Below, piece after piece: positions 1 to 12,066 of a stretch of DNA of 64,000 bases. The stretch lies in assembly GCA_964188305.1 (NCBI GenBank), contig OZ076888.1; one strand, written 5' to 3'. The stretch's first letter is position 1. Every line of letters begins with the position of its first letter. The stretch is from Podarcis bocagei. Taxonomy: Eukaryota. A model generated the notes under the pieces. It did not search any database and was not told where the DNA came from. It was given only the letters and a program-made list of their open reading frames with translations. A program made the position numbers and the translations under genes.

Positions 1-393
1 GTTACCACTACAATAGTGTGGACAAAAATTAATTGCATAGTGTGCTTAACCCTTCAAGGCTCTTTGAGGAAAGCCCATTAGTCAATATCCTCATTGGAAG
101 ACGATTTTGCAAGAGTTGTGTTTTTTGCTTGCTTGCTTACTTGTTTGTTTGCAGGGAAGGTTGCAATCTCTACACAGTGGATATGGGTCACATGACACAC
201 TCAAAGTGTTGACTTAGCGTTCAGTTAGCTGCAGATGTAACAGATATCCATTATGTGACCCAGTTCCTCACAGATCCCACTGCACAGTAATTACAGAAAA
301 ATCACCCAGGCAGAAAGAAAAATAGGCATCTGAATCTACCTACCCAAAGATAACCACTGTTCTGGAGGTTTAGCACTAATTCCAGTATATAAA

Positions 394-662
394 AAAGGTA
401 AAGGACCCCTGGACAGTTAAGTCCAGTGAAGGCAACTATGGGGTGTGGTGCTCATTTTGCTTTTCAGGCCAAGGGAGCCAGCATCTGTCCACAGACAGCT
501 TTCCAGGTCATGTGGCCGCTATGACTAAACCGCTTCTGGTGCAACGTGACACTGTGACAAGTGCAAGAGCTCACAGAAACACTGTTTACCTTCCCATCAC
601 AGTGGTACCTATTTATCTACTTGCACTGGTGTGCTTTCGAACTCCTGGGTTGGCAGGAGCTG
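394..662 (-). mobile_element. Sauria SINE, 3' part with (ACCTTT)n tail
   Basis: AAAGGTAAAGG tail at 394. The body is the reverse complement of the plus-strand copies at 36294 and 37860 (e.g. ACCTATTTATCTACTTGCAC, TTTCGAACT). Confidence 0.9.
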
Positions 663-805
663 TGGTATAAACCACTGAGCCTCTTGGGCTTGCCGACTGA
701 AAGGCTGGCGGTTTGAATCCGCGCAACGGTGGTGAGCTCCCATTGCTCTGTCCCAGCTGCTCCAAACCTAGCAGTTCGAAAGCACACCTGTGCAAGTAGA
801 TGAAT
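659..805 (+). mobile_element. Sauria SINE, 5' part, inverted relative to 394-662
   Basis: GCTGTGGTATAAACCACTGAGCC, then B-box-like GGTTTGAATCC, then GCAGTTCGAAAGCAC. Matches the 5' third of the copy at 36294. Confidence 0.88.
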
Positions 806-1370
806 CCAAATTAAATTGGGGGGAGGGAAGGCACAAATATATGACTGTCATTATAATGCCAGTAATAGTGTGTAAACACTAAAAAATAGAAAGCCCTTTC
901 ATGCAAGAGTACCTGTTTCACACTTCTGGGAGCATCTGAAAAAACCTTTCAGTTTGCAGTGGCAATAAAACTACTTCTACTGACACCAGTAGCTGTGAAA
1001 ACACCTCTACTTCCACAAATGTTGAAGATAAAGGATAACTTTGCCATAGGATGTATTACACAGCTGGGAACTGGGAAAATCCACCCTTTATAAACCATCC
1101 TTTATCAAAAGATCCCAGGGCAGTGTAAAACATTAAGAACACATTTTACAAAGCACATTAATAAAAAGCATAATAATAAGACAGCATGATAATAACATAA
1201 TCATTATAACACACCTGTATAAATCCTACAAATCTGCACAAGTACGGAGAGTTGGGGGGGGGTAGGAAGAAAGATATCGACAGCAACCTTCGGTATTGGT
1301 TACAGCACCAAGAATCCTAGCCTTAAAAGAAAAAAATCAAGTTTAAGCCCTTGGGTAGTGTGGTGGCAAT

Positions 1371-1448
1371 GAGATGAGTACCATACCCCATAGCTGCCTC
1401 TGACTGGACTTAACCGTCCAGTGGTCATTTACCTTTACCTTTTACCTT
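1371..1448 (+). mobile_element. Sauria SINE 3' fragment
   Basis: GAGATGAG...GACTGGACTTAACCGTCCAG followed by an (ACCTTT)n tail. Confidence 0.85.
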
Positions 1449-3049
1449 GGTACTCAATAGGACTTAGTGATCACAGGAGAAGATGGACATAGTCTGCATA
1501 GCATCTTGGCCCTCTGTCATAACTAACAGAAGTAGAATAAATGATGCAAATTAAGCAGACAACTGCATTTTATATACGTCAAAGAATTTGCCTTCATTTA
1601 GTACAAAAATTGGGTTGTCTTGGTACAGAATGGCGATTGCTCGTTTTTAAACAGCAGATAACATATTTTTGTAGCTCAGCAATGTAAGAAATAAACCCCA
1701 AACTCTTAGACCTACTCTAAACATGCCACATCAAAAGTAAGTCCCACAGAACCACGTTCTTCCTGCAGCATCTCCGTGCAAAAGCTCAGCTACCTAGCAG
1801 TATGGATGCAACAATTCGTTTGCTTAGTATAGAGTTCTGCAGCAATTCATTCTGGCCTTAATAATGTTCTAGCACAGCAATCTCATGGTTCAGGTTCTCC
1901 TAGCAAGTTTATTAAAAGTCCAATAGCATATTATTTTATGGAGCATACATGTTCGTTTGCTTTTGGAAAGATGAGAAGCACTTTGTCAAAGCATAAATCT
2001 GTGGTGCAAAGCACTAATTAACATGCTAAATAAAATGGGTTGTTTTGAAAAATGCCTGTGTGCACATACCCCCAAATATAGGACTCATGCAGTTGGCCAT
2101 TTAATCAGCCCAGGAGTGTGCCCTCAAACAGGAATGTATGATGGGGAAGAAATATGGGGATACAATGGCAGCATGGCCAGGTATTAAAATTCTGCCCCCT
2201 GAAATTAAATTTCAGGGAGTGCCTGCCTGACAGGTCGCCACTGACAATCCCATACATTCAACAGTATTTCTCTGTCGTAGCTTCATGTTTGGCGGCAGAT
2301 ACAAATTCAGCTGATGATAGCATCGTCTCTATGCTCTCTTACCTAAACATCTCTCTTATATTTTGTCCTGGGGGGAAACAAACATAAATTATATAAACCT
2401 ATAATCATAACTTATTTGGGGAGTTCATTTTGTGAAACACTTTCCTCCCCTTCCCTCGGCACCTTACACATAAGACAGAAGAACTCCCTCTGATACCAGC
2501 CAAGCAAAAGTGCTGTCCACTGATCCGAGAGTGAAGATAAAATGAACTGACAGTGTAGTCAACAAATTTCATCCAGGCAGCATTGGCCACGTGCAAACTC
2601 CACATCCATGGCTTTAACTAAGTAGCTTCCAATTAAATCCCTAGACAGAGTAGCAATGCCTATTAAATATTTCTTTCCATTTTATTTAAGAAATATATTA
2701 GCCTTTCTTCAGCTGAAATGCTGGGAATAGCTTATCCACAGTTTGAATGAACAATATGAAAAGTACACCCAAACTGGTAACAGCAGCAATCAAATTTCAG
2801 CATTTTAAAAAAATCACATTAAAGCCTAGCAACTTTTCCCCTGACATTAAAAAGAGTACAGGGATGGTACCTGACGAACCTCCCTTGGGAGGAAATTTCA
2901 AAGATGGAATACATGACTGAGTAGGCTCAGTCACAGCATCCTCGTCTGATGGTGATGGAAAAGACACTTGTAGAAGATTGCTTCGGCTGAATATTAGGAC
3001 AGATTCCTGAAAGAGCCAGCAATCTTTTCGGTTCCCACTTCCCAAGCAG

Positions 3050-3290
3050 TTTAGGACTTTAAAGGGTTAGAAGCGCCAGTATGGATTGTGTTCCAAGATG
3101 GCCTGGCAGCTGTGTAGCTACTTCAGAACTGTTAATATACACTTCCTACTTCACCCAGTCCAAGCTGGTAACCAGATGCTGTCTTTTCCACATGCTTCAA
3201 TTTCTGAATAGCTGTCCAAGGAAGCTCCGGGTATAATGTGCTGCAATAGTCTAGGTGAGGTGCTATCAGAATATGGAGAGCTTGCCAAGG
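3050..3290 (-). mobile_element. L2 LINE ORF2 remnant
   Basis: ORF 3132..3338(-) reads LHILIAPHLDYCSTLYPELPWTAIQKLKHVEKTAS, a decayed form of the L2 motif HALVTSRLDYCNALYxGLP...KLQLVQNAAAR. Confidence 0.75.
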
Positions 3291-4210
3291 GGGATTCACA
3301 GTTAGCATATCAGCCTGAGTTGGTGAAAGGTGCTCCATGTTAGAGAGACCACTTGGGCCACCGCAGGAAAACTGGATCTGAAATGACTAAAAAAGTGCAC
3401 ATCTGATCTTTCCAGGGGAAATGCCACTACACCCAGAACAGCCTAAACACCACCTACCTATAAGCGGCTTGTACAAGACAAGAAAGATCACATAAAAGGT
3501 GGAAATAATAATGAAATGTCGAGGAAATGGAATAAAGTATTGTCTGAATGCAGCCTGCATGTACTCTGTGAAGAAACATACATGGACAATTCACCATAAA
3601 ATTCTGCGTCCTGCATACATTTTTGCAAATCTGCACTCATCATCTTTGACACAATTTTCCCCACCCCTACAAACAAAATGACAGAATCACGGGGCAACTG
3701 TCCTTAAAGTATGGATCCTAAAAAAAATTCAAATTCAGCAATTTCTCCTACATCACACAGTATTTCTGTTTCCTTTTTCTCCTGAGTGTTTATTTAGATA
3801 CATGTTAACAGAGAATTTGGCCACATATGATATGCACGATGGTCTGAAGCAGAGGAAATAGTGCTGCAACCCAAGGTGTAATTGTTATTGTAAAACCTCT
3901 AATCTGTGTTTTTGGAGGGGAAAAAGTAAAGGCACATTATAAAATTCACCCCTGACTTTCTGTCAAATAACCTCAATCCTATAAAATGCCTCCTAATGAT
4001 CCAAATGTGATGAAGTCATTTAAATAACATAGAGAGCTCTTCTAGCAGCAGATACTGGCTGCAGATAATGTGCAGCGAATAGGATTATGTTGCTGCTGCT
4101 AAATATTTTTTTCAGGGTTGCTGCAGTTTTATATTTAATTCCTGAGCACAGTTGATTACTCTGTTCTGTCCTGATCACAGATGTGATCATCAAGCTGGTT
4201 TAATAAGGCT

Positions 4211-4264
4211 GGGGGGGGGGGAGAGAGAGAGAGAGAGGGAGAGAGAGAGAGAGAGAGAGAGAGA
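4211..4264. repeat. poly-G plus (GA)n microsatellite
   Basis: Directly visible. Confidence 0.97.
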
Positions 4265-4431
4265 AGGCTGACAGTGCTATTTGGGAGGATATTTGCCCAG
4301 CTGTAGACATATTAGGTGGGCTTCGTTAGCTTCTGCTAGGAACTGCTCTGACCTTCCAGACTAATATGCAGATATGAACTTAGTTACCCAAAAGCTTTCC
4401 AGTTCCCAAATGTTCCAACACTGTTCTGAAC

Positions 4432-4433
<2 letters not shown>

Positions 4434-4468
<35 letters not shown>
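4434..4468. repeat. (AC)n microsatellite
   Basis: Directly visible. Confidence 0.97.
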
Positions 4469-4469
<1 letters not shown>

Positions 4470-4789
4470 TTCTAAAATGTGTTGAGGAAAATACTTTAAA
4501 CATACTTTTGATGACAACCTTCTTGAACTTCAGAGAAGTGACCATGCAGAAAAGCTCTTGACAGGTTTTGCTATTTCATGAAGGTCTTGCAGCCTTTCAC
4601 CTGGAAGATGGTTTCCTCTCCCCTTGGGACAAGGGGACAAGCCAGAGGGTCATACTCCCTTCTACAAGCCAGCAGTGAACGGGGCCAAAGGCAAAAGCAG
4701 TCAAGGCAACAAATGTGAATTTTGCCTCTGTACAGGGGGCTAGTTTCCATGTGTATCCCTCCCCATCCTAGCAACCAAGAGGCATTAAC

Positions 4790-4900
4790 AAAAGTTCAAG
4801 GGCACATTCCAGACTGACAAAAACACTCAAGGAAGGAGAAAAGCAGAGCTGGTAAGGCATGCAGCCTGGACAGAAGGAGTGACTGGGAAGAGTCCATGAA
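4790..4900. mobile_element. Dispersed repeat, probable old hAT fragment (same family as 11610-11771)
   Basis: AGTTCAAGGGCACATTCCAGACTGACAAAAACACTCAAGGA is nearly repeated at 11615. Confidence 0.6.
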
Positions 4901-5076
4901 TGGGAAGCTTAGCTAGGCAGCCTACATTCCCAAGAAGGCAAAGCATATTCTCCTTGCCAAACCATAAATAATTATCTGGAGGACAAGGGATTCCTCTCTT
5001 CCCTCTTGCCAAAACATTGCATTCAGTTTGACTGAACAATAACCGCCTTTTTATTTAGTACATTTACATCCTGCCT

Positions 5077-5680
5077 AAGCCTGGGCGATACATCAATATA
5101 TCGCCCAGGACTGCTATGAGGAGCAGACCATGATGTTGGTTTCACTTAGCGGTATATCGCTGATGAAACCACCACACTCCTAAGACCCTCTGCTAGAAGT
5201 GCAACTTCAACTAGGGGGTGCTGCTAGCAGAGGGACTCGGAAGCATGGCAGTTTCACCAGCGATATACCTCTAAGTGAAACTGACATCGCGGTCTGCCCT
5301 CATACAGTGTAGAGGGAGAAGCAAGCTGCACTGGAGAGGTGCCGATATAGCTTGTTCCTCCCTCCGCATTTTAAAATTGCTTGGCTGAGGGGCACCCGGT
5401 TGCCACTCCCTTCAGCATTTAAAGGAGCCTCCAGTCCGGCACTGGCTTGCCCAAGCCAGCAGTGGGGTGGGGGGTTCTGTGAAAGTGCTCCCCCCCCATC
5501 TGAGTGACCCTGATGCCTCAGCAGGACCGAATCCCTCAGCTGGGATCTACGCCCCAGCTGTGCAAAGCCCAATGCTGCTGAGGCATCGGATCACTCAGAT
5601 GGGTGTGGGTGGGTGGGTGGGTGGGTTTGTGTGTGTGGAAGAAACCTCCCCACCACCCCATCGCTCAGATTTAAAAAGGG
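5077..5680. mobile_element. GC-rich foldback DNA transposon remnant (hAT-like left end) with internal inverted repeats
   Basis: Starts AAGCCTGGGCGATA...TATCGCCCAGG, with repeated CGATAT motifs. Inverted arms at 5123-5196/5224-5297 and 5495-5524/5575-5603. The right terminus was not found. Confidence 0.6.
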
Positions 5681-5699
5681 TAAATTTCTGCTCTATGTG

Positions 5700-5950
5700 C
5701 CCCTACTTAATGAATGAAGTAAGGCAGGCAACCACCAGGGAGAGGGCCTTTTCAGCGCCTAGTCAAGACCTGTTTACCCAGGCCTCCTAAACAGTTGATA
5801 TAGCCTGGACCTTTCCGTTTCAAAATCTGTTTTTGTTGTATTAATCTAGCATTGAATTTATGTTTTTATGTTTCATTTTGCATTGTTTTCATTGCATGCC
5901 CGAGAGAGGAATTTGTGTTACAGCGCAGCACACAAATGCCAAAATATAAA
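5700..5950 (+). mobile_element. Degraded L2 3' end
   Basis: ACCAGGGAGAGGGCCTTTTCAG (TRERAFS), then a T-rich 3'UTR and an AATAAA-rich tail. Confidence 0.55.
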
Positions 5951-6271
5951 TAAACGGATAGACCCTACGGATACAAAGAAATGCTTGGAAATGTGTGGAC
6001 AACTCTGGGTTAAATCTTAGAAATCGGAGAGGTGGCTGAGGAAGATTTACAGTGGCTGGGAGCTGGCTTTTAATATCCTACAGAGATCCTTGCTCCTTGC
6101 AGGTACAAAATAGCAACCAAAAGCACACACACCATCAACAACAAAAACACAAAATAAATTATGAAAAGTGGCTCTATGTAAATATTTGTGAAATGCATGT
6201 AAATTATGCAATTTTAAACCAGTTACAAAATACAGGAAGCAGTCTTATACTAGCCGACTCTTCGTCAACCC

Positions 6272-6337
6272 CATAGAATCATAGAATTGTAGACTTGGAA
6301 GGCTCATCTAGTCCAAGCCCCTGCAATGCAGGAATCT
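6272..6337 (-). mobile_element. CR1 3' terminus
   Basis: CATAGAATCATAGAAT is the reverse complement of the (ATTCTRTG)n CR1 tail, followed by TCATCTAGTCCAA...CCCTGCAATGCAGGAAT. Confidence 0.85.
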
Positions 6338-6344
6338 AATCCAC

Positions 6345-6482
6345 CTCAGTCCTGTCTACACTGACTGGCAGCCACTCTCCAGGATTCTAGGCAGGGTCTC
6401 CAATTTCTTCCCTGGGGATGGCAGCAATTGAACCCAGGGCCTTGTTCATGAGAAACAGATGCTTTCCCACTGAGCTACAGCC
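6345..6482 (-). mobile_element. tRNA-derived squamate SINE (old)
   Basis: The minus strand has A-box TAGCTCAGTGG, B-box GGTTCAATT and body GCTGCCAGTCAGTGTAGACA. A related copy lies at 10678-10874. Confidence 0.75.
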
Positions 6483-7440
6483 TTTCTCCACTAAAGACTA
6501 ATTTCATTTGCTGCAAAATTATATTAGTACCCACAACTCTCAATATGGAACCTGCTCTCCTTCCTCTACATGTCAATCAGTGCTTCCTAGGCAAATATTT
6601 CTTTCCCATTTGGGATTATGTGGTGTGAGATGTGTCTGAAATGTGAGAGGCAATATATCAGTGTTGTATTGGTGCAACTGTCGGCGGGTCTTACCAAATG
6701 AAGGTGCAGCCAAGCCTTAAGATCAGTCAGGCCATTCATGTAGCAAGTATTTCCAATACTTTTTTTAAAAAAAACTGAAGTAATGAACAAAGTGCAACCA
6801 ATTCTGCACACCACTCTAAATTTCTACACCTGCCGGCTCCCCTCCCCTCCCCTTCCCAACTTCATATTCATATTTATATAACCCACCACACTGGCAGTAG
6901 ATTCTCTCACTTCCCCCCAGCCTTTCATACTTCTGTAATCACCAGAGAGGAAATTTAACACCACAGAACTAGATTAAAGGAAGGCAAAGAAACAGATCTA
7001 AATCAACACAGAGAAAAGGAGCCTGAACTAAGATCCAGCCTGCATTGTGAGTGTGCACTGGAGCTCGTATGAGAGGCAAGGAAAAGAAATTTATCCATGT
7101 GTTGGGACTGCCATACAAAAAGCTGTATCATTTGCAATATCAAGGCCCAGTGAAGTGTGTAAAAAACAAGCTGGACTTAAACAACTCAGGCAAGAAAGCA
7201 ATACTTGCCGAAGAACCCTCTCTCAGCAGAGATTGGCAGCAGAACAAGGAAACAGCATGTGGTACAGTTCTTTTGGGGAGATCATATAATTTGAATGAAG
7301 CCTCACATTTAAAAACAAAGCAAACAAACCCACCAACTTTCCTGCATGTGTAAACTACCTTTTCAGGAAGAAAGCTCGGCTAAAGTACCAATCTTTGACA
7401 TGAGAAACTACAGGCCCATCTTGCAATTATTTTACCACAA

Positions 7441-7535
7441 GGCTGCAATCCTATGGACACTTACACGGGAAAAACCCCACTTGATAGAGTGCAATTTATT
7501 TGCGAATAAGTACAGTATGTGCAGGTCAGGCTGCC
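7441..7535. mobile_element. Short palindromic MITE remnant
   Basis: Begins GGCTGCAATCCTATG. Related decayed copies lie near 51330-51412 and 59747-59880. Confidence 0.45.
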
Positions 7536-8450
7536 AATAAAGAGTGTTTTGCACTGTATCAACGTGTTAGTTCTTCCAGACAAAAATTTGCACCCAAGAT
7601 TTAGTCAATTGTATATTCTGTGTTGGTCTGTTATTGTGAATTACGTCTTCTCTTTCTCTTGGGAATTTGTGGCGCAACTACATAAAGCCAAACAAAATAC
7701 CCAAATATATTTTCTCAGAACAGTAAGAGTTACCATCAAAGGAAAAGCATTTCTAAAGTAGTAGGCGGAGGGCCAAAAAATATCTCCATTTTGAAACCCC
7801 TAAGTAGGCCAGAGTTCAAGCCCCACACTTAGCTATTTCACCCAGCTCATAAATTCTCTTTCTCAAGGGTGGAAAAGTTCCAGCCTCATCCTGTCTAAGA
7901 ATATCAGCCTATAATGACTAGACTCAGCAAAGTTGAAAAGCAGCACAACTGCTTCCTGATGCAACCAATTTTGGGTATATTGGCATCTAGCAGTGTAGTG
8001 AACCTTATGCACAGAACTAGTTTGCCATGCCAGAAAAAAAGGACAACACGTTTTGAAAATAAGCCTCTCAGTTACGTGAATCAGACCTCAGTTGGTGTTT
8101 AGAGGGAGTCTCCAAAGAACTGTGTTTCCAAGTGGAAATGAGAGAGAGAGTTTGTCTGAATCTTAACTGCAGATTCCCAGGAGCTAAAGGAACGAATGCC
8201 ACACTCTAATTTGACTTGGGGATTCCACATGGCAACAGCAAGACTTGGGGAACAGCTCTTCACTCTAACCTCGTTTGAGTTATCATCTTTTGTTTGCATT
8301 ACTGCAGCTCTCAAGATGACAGCTATCAAATCAGATTAGTGGATGTTGCTTATGGTGACACTCGCCAAAAATGAACCGTTGAAGGATCGAACACACAGGA
8401 GGTTTGGTTTGCACGCTCAGCTCCCCATATTTCTGATGCCCTTCTCTTAC

Positions 8451-8498
8451 CTTTGGCTAAATGTTTTTTGCAGGTTTTCGAAGCAACACGAAATCTAG
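8451..8498 (-). other. Candidate 48-nt (or 44-nt) exon
   Basis: Minus strand: pyrimidine tract CCCCCTCTTTCACCTCTTGTTTAG|CTAG| with tandem acceptors, and donor AAG|GTAAGA. Locally CpG-enriched unique sequence. Confidence 0.3.
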
Positions 8499-8699
8499 CT
8501 AAACAAGAGGTGAAAGAGGGGGATGTGTGCACACACCATGAGCTGTGGACCTTCTTCTAAACCGCCTTGAACTTTCGGAGGGAGGAGAAGGGAAATTGCC
8601 TGTCTCCAGCACGAGACTGCTTAAAAACACATTTCATCAACACAGAAAGAAACACTGCCCAATGCCACTTGGTTTTCAGTCTCTGAAATAAATATAAAT

Positions 8700-8808
8700 A
8701 CCTTACTGTCAGGTGCAGGGATAAAATGAGGAGGGGGAGAGCCATGAATGCCACCTTGAGCACCTTAGAGGGAAGGTGGGATATGAATAAAAAGAGGAAT
8801 TAAATAAA
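8700..8808 (+). mobile_element. 3' tail of an old CORE/L2-tailed SINE
   Basis: GCCACCTTGAGCACCTTAGAGGGAAGGTGGGATATGAATAAA resembles an L2-type stem-loop tail. Confidence 0.5.
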
Positions 8809-9147
8809 TTGCTTCAAATCCATCACTTAGCTTGAACACACAAACATGTGGGTACCAGGAGAGATGGCGGCCACTGTATTCCCCTTATACAATATTTGAA
8901 ATATATCTACACAAAAAATCTTGCTCTATCTTTTCCTGGGCATAAAGATGTGTCAGCTAACTACTTAGGGCACTGAAGGAAATAACCTAAGCTGAAGCAG
9001 GCCCAAGTATATCACTCTAGCATCTGGTAATGTATGATGATGTAGTTCAGCATCTAGAACAGGGCTGTCACAGTCATAAGATCAGAGAATGTTAACTCGG
9101 ATTGCAAATGTGGCCTGTGACACCACAGCTGCTCTCCACGAGAGACT

Positions 9148-9417
9148 ACCAAGTTGATCAAGGGTCTGGAAACCTTATGAGGAACGGTTGAAGAAGCTGG
9201 GTATGTTTAGCCTGGAAAAGAGGAGACTAAGAAGAGATATGATAGCCATCTTCAAATATCTAAAGGGTTGTTTCATGCAAGATTTAGCAAGTCTTGTTTT
9301 CCCCTGCTCTGCATGGTAAGACTCGAACCAATGGCTTCAAGCTACAAGAAAGGAGATTCCGACTAAACTCCAGTAAGAACTTTCTGATGGTAAGATGTGT
9401 TAGTGGAATGGACTCCC
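9148..9417 (+). mobile_element. CR1 ORF2 C-terminal fragment
   Basis: Encodes [31 protein letters not shown]. Strongly similar to 48878-49097. Confidence 0.93.
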
Positions 9418-9820
9418 AAAAGCAGTGTTAGAAACTTAGATATGAAAGCTAGGAGCTAAATGGCACCTTAAACCTAGGTTATGGGCGCAACAATGGAATG
9501 TCTAGGTGTGCTTTTTTATAACAAGAATACAAAGCTGAAAATGAACTGCAGCTAAAATATTCTGTTCATTTTTCACATGGTCTAGTCCTTCTCCTGCCCA
9601 TCCCCACCCCCAATTTTCTTAAGAGGGTCTCTTCTCCAGTCTTCAGAGGGTAGCTGGAAGTGGGGAGGCAGAAAAAGGTCCTCCTTTCCTTCCACTCTGT
9701 AGTTTTAATCTGAAATCTTAGGTGCAGTACTGTGCCCAGAGTTCAGAAACTGCTAGCACTAATGAAATTCCCTGTTGCAAAATGCATCTAGAACAATGGG
9801 AGTTTCGAACACTGTCCAAG

Positions 9821-9950
9821 AGAAGTGGTGGCCTCCCCTTCCTTGGAGGTTTTTAAGCAGAGGTTGGATGGCCATTTGCCATGGATGCTTTAGCTGAGAT
9901 TCCTGTATTGCAGGGGGTCCCTCCCAATTCTACTGATATATGATTCCATT
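9821..9950 (+). mobile_element. CR1 3' end, continuation of 9148-9417
   Basis: GTGGTGG...CCTTCCTTGGAGGTTTTTAAGCAGAGGTTGGATGGCCAT...GAGATTCCTG plus a decayed tail. Confidence 0.88.
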
Positions 9951-10677
9951 ATCTCCAAGGCCAGGAATGAAGCCAATGCTCCTAGGAGGGCAACCTGGCT
10001 CACCAATAGTTGCAACAGCTGCTATTGATAGTGTGAATTGGAGGCAAGTGGGGTTCCCACTGGTGTCAGCCTGCGGAAGGCCCTGAAACAGGTGGGGAGG
10101 AACTGAGCTAGCCTGCGATCTACTGGATCCTGAGCTGGGGTCAACTGTTATGCAAGCTCCAGGCTCCATAAAGCCTTGCCTGGGGTGGGGGAGATGGAAC
10201 AGCTCTGCCAGTAAATGTATGGTTTATTCCATCCGTGTGAGTGACTGGTACTGCCAGAAGGAATGTCTAATGATTGCAGATGGATGTGGAGGCAGAAAAC
10301 AGTCTTGAGTGGGAGAGAAGTCAGTTTGGTTAATAAGGGCAACAGAGGCTATGCAACTTTCCTTTGCAGTAATTGCACCTATTACATTCTGAGCCGGCTG
10401 CAGTCTTTCACCTTAGAAATCAACAGTTTTGAATAAAGTAAAAACAAACAAACTAAATCTCTTATTTCTTAAAGTTCAATCCCTGCCTACAGAGCAGCAG
10501 GTAAAAACAAAAACAAAAAACCAGGCCAGCACATAAACAAACAAGGGTACAAATTGTCTGGACAAGCAAGAACCAGCCACAGATTGCAATCTCTTTCCTT
10601 ATCCACAGCAACCACTATTGCCTGTCTCTCAAAAAGCTCTGAAACTGACCAACCAATTTGCATCCAATGAGAGAGAA

Positions 10678-10874
10678 GCCACAAACTCACTGACAGAGCA
10701 CATATTTGCATGCTAAAGGTGTCAGATTCAATTCTTGGCATTTCCAATTTAAAGGATCAGGTAGCAAGTGATGCAATAGACAACTGTCCCAGACCTTAAA
10801 GATCTGTTGCCAGTCAGAGTAAGTAATATTAGGATAATTGGAACAAAGAGTCTGACCTGGATACTTCTCATGTT
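10678..10874 (+). mobile_element. tRNA-derived squamate SINE (old)
   Basis: Decayed A and B boxes (GATTCAATTC) and body TGTTGCCAGTCAGAGTA...GTCTGAC. Same family as 6345-6482. Confidence 0.7.
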
Positions 10875-11609
10875 TCCAGGTACTCCTTTTTTACTGGCTG
10901 TAATAATAGTTTTGTGCTTTAATTTTACATAGGTTACATGCAGATCCAAAAGGTTGTGCCCCCCCCCCCCGGCCAGCCTCATGTGATGCTAAACAACCTG
11001 AGCAGATGGCAGGCAGGACCAAGGCACATCTGCTTGCTAGGATTACTGTCATATTAGACTAGATCAGCCACTCACATCGGCACAAAACAAGCAGACATTC
11101 TTATAGAAAAGGAGCCTAAGGAGAGAAAATAGGGCTGTGCAGAACCTCAGGAATGTTTGACAGCACTCAAGGCCCAGCATAGGCCTGGCTAATATGCAAC
11201 TATGCAGTGTTACGCTGAAGAGGTATACCGAGCCTCAGGCATGTGCACTCCCTCATCCCCTTCCCCCTCTTATGCACACGAGATGAGACATTTCTATTCA
11301 CGGTTTTTAACAAACCACAGTTTCCCATTTTGTCTCAACACGAGAAACTGTGGTTCATCAAACAGCTTCTCATCTTCATCCCTCACATGGGGAAGAGGCA
11401 GAACATGAGCCCAAGGCTCCTCATGCATGGTGTCGTTACACCTGAAATGAATCATACCAATAGCTCTTTAACTAGTGCATTTTCTGCCCTAGGCTTTCTG
11501 GGTCATCCTCGCAGGGCCACAACTACTATTATTTTTACTTTTGTATAGTATAGTAGTGTCTACACATCTCCGCCCTCTCTGTCCTCCATTCAGACAAGCA
11601 AGAGCCATT

Positions 11610-11771
11610 GTCATAGTTCAAGGACACATTTCAGACAGGCAAAAACACTCAAGGAGAATGCAGAGCAGGGTGGTGATGGTGTGGCATGGGGAGGGACGGA
11701 GGAGTGACCTGGAGTGAGTTCTGGTGGTCAGGGCTGCCTTTGGCACCTGGGCCTGCAGTTCCCCATTCTTG
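11610..11771. mobile_element. Old hAT-type fragment with right end
   Basis: Shares sequence with 4790-4900 and ends GGGCCTGCAGTTCCCCATTCTTG. Confidence 0.55.
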
Positions 11772-12066
11772 AGCTATCATGGGTATGTGTGTGCATGGTG
11801 TCAGCCCAAGGCATTATGCAAAAGGCATACCCCAACCACCCCCAGCTAGGGCCAACATGCCAAAAGGTCTTGCTGCATCATTCAGACACCAATTTCTGCC
11901 ATTTATCTATGGTGCCTCCAGGACTAGGTTGCTTCGCTCTGCTGCATGGCAGGGCCAGCTGTGTAGCATGCAAGATATACTTATCCTTACCCTAATTTCT
12001 TATAATGGAGCGAGAATGAACAAATAACCTGTATGCATACAACTGGTCAAAAGAGAAATATCTTAC

